From the human T2T-CHM13v2.0 reference genome, Homo sapiens: DNA of 64,000 bases. The notes beneath the pieces were generated by a model that saw nothing but the letters and a program-made list of their open reading frames with translations, did no database searches and was not told the DNA's origin. The stretch lies in NCBI RefSeq assembly GCF_009914755.1, contig NC_060928.1; one strand, written 5' to 3'. This document shows positions 39,761 to 52,406 of this stretch, in pieces (within the stretch, counting starts at the first letter, position 1; every line of letters begins with the position of its first letter). The translations under genes and the position numbers were made by a program.

Positions 39761-39949
39761 CAGTGGTCCTTAAACTTCAGTGTGCATAACAATCACTGGG
39801 TAACTTCTAAAGTGAAGATTCTTGGGCCCTACCCTCCTTCTAATGTTTTTATTAAGTCTGGGTAGAGGTCCAGAAAACTGCAGTTTCTAACTTGAACCCC
39901 TGCTGATTCTGAAGTAGATGGTCCTTAGGTTATTCTTGGAGAAATCCTG
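39761..39949. mobile_element. MER5-type hAT-Charlie MITE
   Basis: CAGTGGTCCTTAAACTT...GGAGAAATCCTG ends and internal GATTCTTGGGCCCTACCC. Confidence 0.6.
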
Positions 39950-42900
39950 AGTTGGTCATAGAGGGAAAAAGAGACAAGAAATAAAATTCAATAGAAGTAA
40001 ATACTTATAAAGAAAGCAAGAACCAAAACTGAGAGAGTAACTTTAACCTCTCTTCTGTGAGATGAAGGGAGTGAGTATGCTGTGCTGCTTAAAAAGATAA
40101 GCGTTTAGTTTTTTCTGGCAGTGAATGAGATCAAACTGTCCTCCAAAGACGACATATTGAGAGGATTACAGAAGTGAAAAGGAATTTTTAGAAAGGTTAG
40201 AATATGAGAAAGTACCTAACTGTCGCCGAGAAACTCAAAAGACATGATTAAATCAAAGAAAGTGTTTTGTAGGTATCTGTTTAAAAAAGAATGTGCATTC
40301 CTGAATCAAGAGTTTATGAATAGCTTAAAGATGAAGAGGAGAGATGAAGGAGGATTAGCTGTTCACCAGAAGTTCTGGTTATTCTGGTTATTGGATCTGA
40401 AAGCATATTATTAAAGTATCGTCTAGATTTCCTGGAATAGTTCTCATTTCTAATATTCTTTCCCATTGTTTTTATAATACATGTCTGATTTGCCCTAATT
40501 TTTGGTTAGTTGAGGTGTGGTTGATTTGTAAAAGAACACCAAAAGTGGGTCTACTTGACTGAAGAAGCTCTCTTGCTTTCCAACTTTGTGTTTGTGTATG
40601 TGTGTGTTAAATGTATGTTTTCTAATCTATCTCTTTTAACCTAAACTTTGATTTTAAAGTCCACATTAGAGAAAGAGCAATAGAGACAGACTGACTCCAC
40701 TTTAGAAAATTGGTCAAGAAGTGGACCAGGTGGGAATGGTTACTTAATCCTAGCAGAGGAATAAAGTACTTGATTTCCAGCTACCTACTGAATGCACTCT
40801 GCTACTAGACAGCTATTCTTATTTTTTTTTTTTTGACATATTATTTCCATAGGGGAACTTTATAGTTCAATTCAGTAACCTTGGAGAGAGATCCTGACCA
40901 AAAAAAAAAAAGAGAGAGAGAATTTTGGAAGTTACTTATAAAATGATGAGTATCACCAGCATTTGTTAAATCATTCTTTCTTTATTCTAATTATCTCTGT
41001 ATTAAAGTATTGACTTTTCCACATACATGCTCTAGAAACCCAGGTTGTACTTTAGAACTTTTCACCACTATAGTATATTAACTAGCTTGCTAATCCTTTT
41101 TACTGTCTTTCATGTTCTCTCCCTGCCATCTGCTCACAAGATTTTATAGAATCTTCATATCTGCTTTGTAAGTGTTGAGGATCATTATTGTTATTGTACG
41201 AAGTGTCTACCACACCCTCTCATTGCACTGAGAGTCCGAGTAAGTTTAGTTAGTAGATCACTTTGCTCTGAAGTGAATAGAAGGGTTGTTGCTGTATGCT
41301 GGTGGAGACCCAAAACCAGCTTCTTCCATTTACTCAATCAAGGAAGGCTAGACTCCTGTGACTTGTACCCTGCACTTTGAAGACTGGGCTCAGGACTTGC
41401 TCTCTTCATTTCAGGTGACCTTATTTTCTTGCTTTCTTTTGTTTTTAAAATCGTACACTTGGTATATATCTTGGTGTATCTCCTTTTTATGAGCCTCTGA
41501 GTATTCCTAACTTTTTTTCAGATTTTTTTTTCTTCCTTGTTATTTATTCTAACTCATATACTGTTTAACATAGTGATGGGTGTTTCCAATGAATATTTAT
41601 ATTTTCTGAAAACAAGTGTAAATGCTCTTAGAGAGAAGCATAACATTAAATAGCTATCCAAATGCAACATTGAGAAATCACTTATAAATTTTCAGTGGGG
41701 GTATTTTAACTTACAGTTTTCCATTTTGAGTTTAAAGTATAGAGAAAAAAAGGGTTACAAAATATTAGGTAAGCAGATTTATTGCCCTTTGCCTAAGTTA
41801 CTAAAGGGAAGTGTTTCTTTTAAAAAAAACTTAGTGTAGAAGATTTATCATTAAACTATAATATACATATTTGACCTTGTAATATTTTTGTTTACTTATA
41901 TTTGAATAGAAAATGTGCATAGATTCACTTAAAATGTGTAGTACATTGTTATTCATTATTTCTTTGTTTTAAGTTATAATTTTTAATACTCAGAGATTTC
42001 CAAATCTTTAATATCTACCTGCTTATGCCAGTGATTCTTAAATAACTAAAAAATACTCTTTTATAGTAGCTTTTATGCACAATACATTTTTTAGCAAATG
42101 TGCTTTGCCCCAAGTTGGAGAATTAGTTATATGTTGAGAAGCCCATGCTTTTACTAAGTGAAATTGAAACATAGATACTGAAATATTTTTCATCCTTCAA
42201 CTAAGTTCTAGCATTGAAAACATCTGTTTGTTTTCAAACAGGATCTGTTGTTTTTCTAAACCATGTACTTCCAAAGCAGAACAGATTTTCTTCGAGATTT
42301 TTATTGAAATACCTCAAGGAGAAGAAAATGACTCAAAGAGGATAAAGGCTAATTTTTCTTAATGAAAGAAGAAAAACATTTTTTACTCTTTCTATTCTTA
42401 ATTTAGGCCTAGGAAATACCCTGAGTCCAAGGCCAGCTGGTTTCAGCATGCAGAGATAAGACTAGAACACAGCTTCCTGATGCCCAGACCAGAGCTGTTC
42501 TCATTACCATTTCTATATCCACCTCCATCTTTAGTGGGTTGCTGTGATTTCCAGCATTCAAACCCTTGCACATTTCCAGAGCCTTTTAGCTGTCTCGTGG
42601 AGCAGTTCATCCCAATTGCTGCCTTTTTAATTTTTATTTTCAATTGTGTTTAAAACAAAACAACAACAACAACAACAACACATAACATAAACTTGACCAT
42701 CTTAATCATTTTTAAGTGTACGGCACAGTAGGTTAAGTATTCAGATTGTTGTGCCAGCCCAATCTCTCCTGCTTCACCGTTCAATCTCAGTAACATTGGA
42801 AACAACAGAAGGGTCTTTATGCAAATACCTGTCAGGAAGGCGTGCGCCTCACCTGTGTTTGCTCCTTCACAGTAGTAGGAAGTTAATTATGTGGGATTTG

Positions 42901-45900
42901 CTCACCTGATCCACACAGCTGATCCTACTGTAGTGCACATTTGGAAATCCCACACCCCTTTCTTCCCCTGAGGAAAAAATTCTTTCCTCATCCTAGATTC
43001 AGTGCTCTGTTTAATCTTGAGCATATGAGAATGAGTCACCATGGGTAAGAGTGTAATCTCATTTATACCTTTCTGCCAACCCTCCTTTAATTTTTTAAGT
43101 TTATGATACTGGATCCTGCTTTCCTACATAAGGGCTGGTGATTTGGAGACTAATTTTGGGAGTGCGAGGTGTTGAGATTTTTTTTGGGAACCAGTGCTTT
43201 CTGTTCTGCTGAACATGAAGCTGCATGGCCTAAGTTCTGAAATTCAGGCTATGTATGGAATGTCTGTGTGGATGAAGAAACAAGCCAATGCCTTTTTTTG
43301 GGTCGGGGCCGGGGGGAGACTGGGAGAAAGATGAATGAAAATGTTAAGATAGTCTGATTTTGTGGGGGAAATATTCAAATTTTGAGAATTTGTGCAAATC
43401 AAAGACAAGCAGTTAGTTGCTTTGTGATTTTATTTTACCCACAAAAGAAATACTTGATATTGTGCTGAAGATGTTGTTGAATAGGTATATTAACTCAGAT
43501 AAAATAACTGAGTTCTACTTTTGATTCCAGTTATCCCTATCTATGCAATGTGTAAATGCTATTTCCATTTCTTCATTTGTGGAATGAAAAACATTTCACT
43601 GGAAAATTGTTTTTAAAAAAGTACTTGTAAAGTACATTGGAATCTTTAGGATACTTTGAACATGGTGCTTAAAGAATGTAAATGGTTAATGCTTGCTTTC
43701 ATACCCAATAGAGGAATATGGGAGTGGGAGTCACTTGAATATCAAAATGAAACTCTGTATCCATTTTTAAATACAGTATGCATTTGAGCAAAGCCCTTCT
43801 CCCTAACTGCTTATTTTAAATTGGCAGTTGCTCAGCCAACAGTCAGTAATCTCAGTTAGCAAGTGTTTGGCACGCCTGTTTTAACCTGCACAGGTTCAGT
43901 TCACACAAAGAAAGGGAGGGTTGGGTTATGTGATGCAAACACCACGTTAGCCTCATTAACATATTTTGAATAACTGTATTTGAATATTTGCCAGCTAAGC
44001 TAGGCCATCTGAAGGCCTGCCAAACAAAATGGGGGTTTCTGCGAGGAGTGCAGAGATTTGAGCTTGTAAACTTTTTACTTTTTCTTCTTGAGGGGAAAGA
44101 TTTTAGATGATGCTATTTAGAATACTTTCCATACCCTCTCAAAAGAACAACCTTTTTTGTGTGTGTTTTAATTCTGCAGAAATTTTGGACTTTCTCTTTC
44201 TACCACCTTTTTATATATCTTTAAAAGAGGTACCTTAGGACATGTCTCTGAAATACCTTTAGGTAATCTATCCTGGGTGGGTTTGAGTTTCTACTCAGCC
44301 TGTTTTTTTGTCTTTGCAGAATTTAGTCCTGAAGCTCTTTCTGTGAGTCTAGCTGGAGAACCTCTTCTGCAAACTTAATGTGTGAATACCAGTGGTTGGA
44401 ACAGAACAGATAGGATAAACTAGGGTATCTGTAAACTCCTACCTAGTGGATGCCCAGATCATAAAGATGCCAGCCTGGTTCAACTCTATATAGTATAGAC
44501 ATTGTTTTTACAAGCCTTCAGTTTTGTGGCCTGACATCTGTATCTGTTCAGAAATACTTTTTTGACTTTGACACCTGTCTGGCTGAAACCACAACTTTGG
44601 ACTCTAAAACTGGGCAAGGGAGGAGTCCATTGGAACCAGGGGTTATCAGATATTTTAATATACAGGGTTTTAAGGGTGAGAACATGAGGCAGCATACACT
44701 TAGCTCTCTAGTTTTCATTCTGGGGGACAGGTGAGGGGAGTATCAAAATCACCAGGGAACTCTTTGAAAATCATTCACCTTGATTATTTTTTTCCTGTTT
44801 ACCTGTTGTGAAGGGTGGGTAGGGATGACAGTGTGATGAGGTGGCATTTGAATCTAGAATCTGCGGAAGCTGTGGGTGCTGACCACAGTGTGGTAGTTTC
44901 CATAGTTTGGGCCAATTTGCAACCTGTCTTGTACTTACCCTTTGGAATAGAAAGATACAGTCTCATGATGCCAACTCTCACCCCTCCTTAAGTGTGTATT
45001 TAGTAGTATTTCCAGGAAATGATTCCTTCTACCCTAAGGGCTTTTTCCTTTCCTTTATCTCTTCAAAGATGGTTCTTAAGACTTAGTTTTAAATCATATA
45101 TATATATATATGAATTATCAGAAAGAGGGAAGAATAAATTTGAGCATTCCTATTTTTTTATACATGTTTTGTAAATCTCTCCTTTAGTGGAAGGGAAAGA
45201 GGATGCAACTATGCTGAGAAATGTGTCTGTTATATAAATTGCTATTTTAAAAAACCACTTTTAAAAACTAAGAACCTAGGAAAGAACTCCGGTACGTTAA
45301 ACCAAGCCCTAAATTTTCAACAGACATTTTAATGATTATATATTTTATACGTTGTGTGTACGTGTGTGTATGCCTTAAAGTTTTTAGATTGAAGTTATTA
45401 AATTTCACCTGTCTTTTGTTGCTCTTAAATGATTTACATGTAATTTTGTCAGTGATTCTTACATGATCACCATCTACTCATAATTAATTGTATAGACACA
45501 ATTTTAAGTTTCATAGCTTTTTTTCCAGTTGAATTGTAACAGCCTGTTTAAAAGACAAATTTATAGGCGATTGTAATCTTCATGAAGCAATGTGAGTTGA
45601 TGAATACCTTTGAATGTTGTTTCGGTATTTTTCTTTTTTATTATAAAATGTTAAATATTTCATTTGTAGAGCTTCTCTCATGTCAATTTGTTGTATTTGA
45701 CACAATAGGAATACTCATGCAGTGTTACCAGTTTCGTGATATGCGTTCAACATCTCTGAAGGTGGTGAATATAAAATCTGTTTTTCAAACAAGTACACAC
45801 ATGAAACTAAAACAATTTATTCAAGTCCTAAAACAACGTTAGTGAAACTTCAGTTCTGCCACTGTGCCCACATTTAAGCTGACAGCATGTGTGTGTGAGA

Positions 45901-48900
45901 AGAAGATACACATTACTGATAATCTCTTTAGAATGCATTAATATTTTCAGGCCCAAATATGAGTATTCAGTAGGTTCATCAGATTAAAAAAGCTAAATGA
46001 AATTTAAATATTGACTTGTATGTTTCCTTTAATTAATTTTGGTGACTTACTAATTGGTATTTGTGGGGATACGTAGAATTTTTTGAATTGGTGTTTGTAT
46101 TCTCCATGTTTTAGTTATAAAGCACTATGAAGAGAAAGTGAATGAAGAGGCTGCCTTCAGGTGTAGTAAGGTTTAACTTCTATCCCGGTTCCAACTTGTC
46201 CTGCTGTCAGCTTGCTCCTTAGCTCCCTGGCTTATTTACATATTGTATAATCCAGACTGGCTTGTCCCGTTTGGTAGGTTGGTTATAAACTGCAGAGCTA
46301 AGTAAATGTGTGATAACATTTTAAATGGTATGAGAAGTTAAACAGTACTTAAGGAGTGATGTCGTAAAGAACCCCAGCTGTCAGGTGCCCCAGGGTTGGC
46401 CTCCTTTGGGGCCATTTCCGTTTTCTCTGAGTAACAGGAAATAAATGTGAAACTATAGTAAATTCTGGTCAGATGATGACCCCCTCATCCAGATGAGATG
46501 TAGCATGCTGGATCTGATACTGAAAATGTTTGATACTGAAAGTAGATTATTAACTATTTCCATTAATGAGTTTTGTACACAGGCAGAACAAATCAACAAA
46601 AAACCCACGGAAGCATTTTTATCTGTCTTTACCCAATATGAAAACAGTAAAGGCTAGACAAGTCCTGTTCTCCTCCTCCCTCGGTGTATAATGAGAGAAC
46701 ATTTCCATGTGCTTTGTGATGACCATTTCTAGTGGCTGCATGATACTGTGTCCAGTTGTAGGATTATTGGGTTTCCCAAAACATCACTGCTCTTCAGTGT
46801 TTAACATTATGAAAAGTTGTGCCTTATCCCCTGTGTGAGTGCTCTAAGCTCTCTGTAAGGCTGTGTGCCCTGGTCATTGTTGAGTATGTCCTTTTCATAT
46901 TCATTTATAATCAGGCCAGCCAAAGATTGGAATCTAATGGTGGATGTCAAAGTCTTTCCTAGAGTACCTCTTCCTTCCCTACTGGGTCTCTCTGAGATTT
47001 TCAGGGGTTGCCAGTGGCAAAGGGTGTTTGTTAACCCCTAAAGTGATGGTGATGGTTTCTCCCTATTGTGTTATACTGTGCATTTGCTCCAATTTCAGGG
47101 TTCCTTGGTTCAAAGGAACGCTGGGGAACCCTAACTTTGAAGATCTCAATTTGACAGCAACCTGCCTTTTTCCATGAGTCACTGTTAGTTCAAAATACCC
47201 AAAAAGAGATTCTCATTTCTGTAGGTTGGGCAAGTTGCAGCCTGCTTGATTTTTTAGTGTCTTTGGTTTATAATGATTTTAGAGAGTAGAAGAGGAAATG
47301 GCTGTTTATTGTATGTTGCATAAAACTATATGGCCTTGTGCAAATGATCTAACTTTATATGAATCCTGGATTGAAGACAGATGTTTCTTTTGTATAAGTA
47401 GATTCACCACTCTGTGTCCTACTCTGAAATAATGAGGGGGAGAATAATCCCATATATATCACATCAATTTTAAAAAACCGGAATTCAAGAACTGGGAAAT
47501 TTTTCAGTTTACATTCTCCTGATTCTGATTTTGTTTCTTACGTTATTTTTCTATTTTAAATTTGCTTTTATTATTTGAGATAAAAAATACTTTGTTTCCA
47601 TTCTAAGTTTTGTTTTTTGAACTAAAGGTTAAAAAACCTGCATTCATGGAATTGTTGCCTTTTCAGTGGTTAACTGTTAGATTTTATAATCAGAAGATTG
47701 AGATCTTTAAAGGACAAAATGGAAAATAAAATTAGGTTTGGGGTAAGGAATCCTACTTGGACACTACAAAAATAGAAGGAAAAAAAGGTGAATGAATAAT
47801 TGGCAAAACAAACTCTTTTTCCTGTAAGTTCCCTTTTCCCAAATTCTTGCCATCATGCTAAAAAAAGTTGTCTCGTGGGTTGATTTTTCTCAGAATCCTG
47901 ATGCTTGTTGTTAATAAGAATTTTTTTCATGTGCCAAAGTTTTGTTTTTCGTGTGACTTCTGCGGCAATTTTGGTCTTACTGAAAATATTTTTTTAAGTA
48001 CCATGGTAAAAGTTACTGGTAATAAGCCAAAAGGAGAATTTAAGGTGAACTTCTATACAATTTACTTTTATTGACTAGGGGAAATCAAATGCATTGCCCA
48101 AGGTAATTGAAGTCAGATTATTGTAGGAGAAATATCAATTCTAATTAAAAACAAAGTGTGAGTGCTTATTTCCAGTTTCAAAACTTACATTTTTTAATTT
48201 CTACCTCATCCTTTCCCCAACAAGACATATTTTTGCTATCAGGCTAACATAAAGTGCTGCTACTGACTGAGCCAGCCTAATGGAATGGCATCACTGTTTC
48301 TGTTGGCATAGTTAAGCAGGGGGTTAAAAATTCAAGTTTTTGGGAAGGAGTTTTTTTTTTTGGAGGGATTTCTTTTGCAATACGCAACCTTCAGACATTC
48401 CAGAAAGTAACTGTGGATGCATTTTAGGGTATAGCCAGTGTCCTTTGCATCTTTCAGTCTGATAGGCAAAATCATATTTTAGATTACTATTAAAACAGCA
48501 TGCTGATTTATTCATCTTGTCCTTCCTTTTAAGAAATATATTTCAGAAATGCTAGTAACATCTTGCTCAGCAGCTCACTCTGACACCCTGACTTACTCTT
48601 ACTGGGGAGATCTCACTGTTTTGTTTGCTCTGCAGATCTTATAGTGGCCTTTGACCAAAGGCAATGAAATGTTACCTGACTTGCAGTATCAGTCAGGATT
48701 CTCAGTTACAAGCAATAGACATCTCTGACTAATTTAATCATAAAAGGAGTTTATTAAGAATATTAGGTAGCCACAGTTTCTCTGGAAAAGCTGAGAACTC
48801 ACCTTGGCAGCTTATCAGCCAGGATCAATGATGCTGAACTGATCTGGGGAATATATTGCCACTGCCTCCTGGCACATGATCATAGGCCCTGCATCTTGCA

Positions 48901-49145
48901 CCACCAGCACAGTCACACGAGACCCCAAATGCCACCACCGCTGCCTTTGGGAACTGCATCACTGCCCCTACCTCTGGCCCAGGTTTCTGTACGGTTCTTA
49001 CTATTTGTAACTGCTTGAGATTCTAAATCTGGGATGGATTATTTGGTGGAGCCAGTGTACCTAGTAATGTGACTGCAGTCTGATTGCAGGGGTGGTTGAA
49101 AAAGCAGTTACTTGGAGTTTTCAGCTTTTGAAGTGTTGTGTGTGG

Positions 49146-49406
<261 letters not shown>

Positions 49407-49526
49407 TAGAAAAATAAGGACAACAGCTACCTTCCTACATTACTTAAGATGCTAATAATAGTTATGAGAAAAATGTTATAACAGAACCCATAGTTTCTCA
49501 GTATTTTCGTAATAGCAGCATCCATA

Positions 49527-50150
49527 TGTTACCAGAAAGGGGTCCTGAGCCAGACCCCAAGAGACGGGCTCTTAGATCTCCTGCAAGAAAGAATTCGAGA
49601 CAAATCTGTGGAGTAAAGTGAAAGCAAGTTTATTAAGAAAGTAAAGGAATAAAGAATGGCTACTCCATAGAGCAGCCCGAGGGCTGCTGGTTGGCTATTT
49701 TTATGCTTATTACATGCTAAACAAGGGGCGGATTATTCATGAGTTTTCCAGGAAAGGGATGGGCAATTCCCAGAACTGACGGTTTCTCCCCCTTTTAAAA
49801 AGACCCTAAGGGGTAACTCCTGATGTTGCCATGGCATTTGTAAACTGTCATGGCGCTGATGGGAGTGTCTCTTAGCATGCTAATGCATTATAATTGGTGT
49901 ATAATGAGCAGTGAGGATGACCAGAGCTCACTTTCATAACCGTCTTGGTTTTGGTGGGTTTTGGCCAGCCTTTTCTGTGCATCCTGTTTTGTCAACAAGG
50001 TCTTTGTGACAGTGTATCTTGTGCCCACCTCCTATCTCATCCTGTGACTAAGAATGCCTAACTTCCTGGCAGGGCAGCCCAGTAGGTCTCAGCCTTATTT
50101 TACCCAGCCCCATTCAAGATGGAGTCACTCTGGTTCAAATGCCTCTGACA
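49527..50150 (-). mobile_element. MER41 (MER41B-like) ERV1 solo LTR
   Basis: 624 bp, 4-bp TSD CATA; - strand starts TGTCAGAGGCATTTGAACCAGAGTGACTCCATCTTGAAT as in the MER41 consensus. Confidence 0.88.
49746..49775. promoter_or_regulatory. Tandem GAS (STAT) motifs TTCCAGGAA and TTCCCAGAA
   Basis: Two TTCN3GAA matches at 49746-49754 and 49767-49775 within MER41; function inferred. Confidence 0.6.
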
Positions 50151-51145
50151 CATAGGCATAATACTCTGTTGAACAGTTGCTGTGTGCTTGATAGTTCTTT
50201 GTTTTATAATTTTATCTCTGATTCATACAGCAGCCTTGAAAAGTAGACATTATTGTCCCCATTTTGTAAAGGAACTGATGCTCAGAGTAACTTCCCAAAA
50301 TCACACAGTGCATATGGCAGTGCTGAAATTCAAACCCGCATGTATCTGCTTCAACACCTCTCTTCCTGCTATCATACCAGCATTCCTCCTCATAGAAATT
50401 TTGTGAAAAAGCACAGATAACCTCCTTGATTTAAACTAGAAATTTTTGAGAGTCCTGCATTGTTTCTCTTAATAATCCACTACTTATCATTTATCATGAG
50501 TTGTGAGATCCTGCTAGGTTCAGGAGAGTGACTGGGACCAGAGCTACAGACTCAGGAGTCATAAGACCTTAAGAGCTCCTGGGTGCTGTGGGCATTGGTG
50601 AGGTGGTCCTGGGAAGAACTTGCAGAGTAAGAGAAGTAGTACTATAGGACCTAATGAAACATGAGCTGGAGGTGGGTTAGAAAGAGACAGAGTGGTTTTT
50701 ATTTGGTAGAAGGAAAACCTGAATAGGAACCTGTTAGGGGAGCCCAAGAGCATAGTTGAAGAAGGAAAGTGTGGTTGGGAGCCAGGAACCAAAATAGGAT
50801 AAGGTGGAAAATAAGCCATTGGAGTGGATGGCCAAGCGGGAAGTTATGCTCGCCTCTGTAGTTTGAAATCAAATTTGCAGAATCTTTACCTTCTCTGTGA
50901 GTATGCCATGAGGTGCGGTGATAGAACCCCTGCACTGTTTTAGGTTCATATACTCAGTGGACACATGCAATTTTGTGTTTGAATTTTTAGTTTCTTGTTT
51001 TTTAATGCTGCCTTTGCTCTGGTGGTCCTTGGGGCCACACCCAGGCAGTGAGCAGCCTAGGTGGACTAGGATGTTCCCCACATCCCACCCTAGAGTTACA
51101 TCTGTTGCTTTAGAGGCCATCATCCCTCGAGAATGACTTAAATTC

Positions 51146-51465
<320 letters not shown>

Positions 51466-52048
51466 TTATTTTGTATCTGCCCACATTGATGTTAATCTGT
51501 CACTTTCCTTCCTACGTGCATGGGCTTGTGAAATCTCCTGACCATTTATGCTATTTGTTTGTCTTTTTGCAAATCAAAAGAGCCTAATGTCACCTTAAAG
51601 CATCATGGTAATTAAACTTAAGAAAGGATGAGTGATTACAGTTTATTTAATTCCTCCCTCTTTAGAGAACTTCTAGAGTACACAGGCATAGACATACAAA
51701 TTTAGTTTCAAGTAAGAATGAGAGTATACCTGAGTAGTTTACATAAAATTATGGGGAAAACTGGATATGTGTTGGAGCAGACAATGTTTGTGGGGCTAGG
51801 TGTCCAGAGTCAAGTCTGTCTCGGATGGGCCTTCAGCAGAACGGCTTTTTCCTGACATAGGTGCAGCCTCATCCTATGCGTGCTCATCACAAGAGCATGT
51901 TTCTCCTTTGTTCTGGGGGATGGGAATTTCCTTCCTTTGATTCCTTTCTCTTCACTCCTACAGCCCCAGTGTTTGCTTGTTCACTCCCCGCGTCCCACAT
52001 CAATGCCAGTCAACTCTGGCCTGCACTAGTTGGCATCGAGATCTGTGA

Positions 52049-52406
<358 letters not shown>

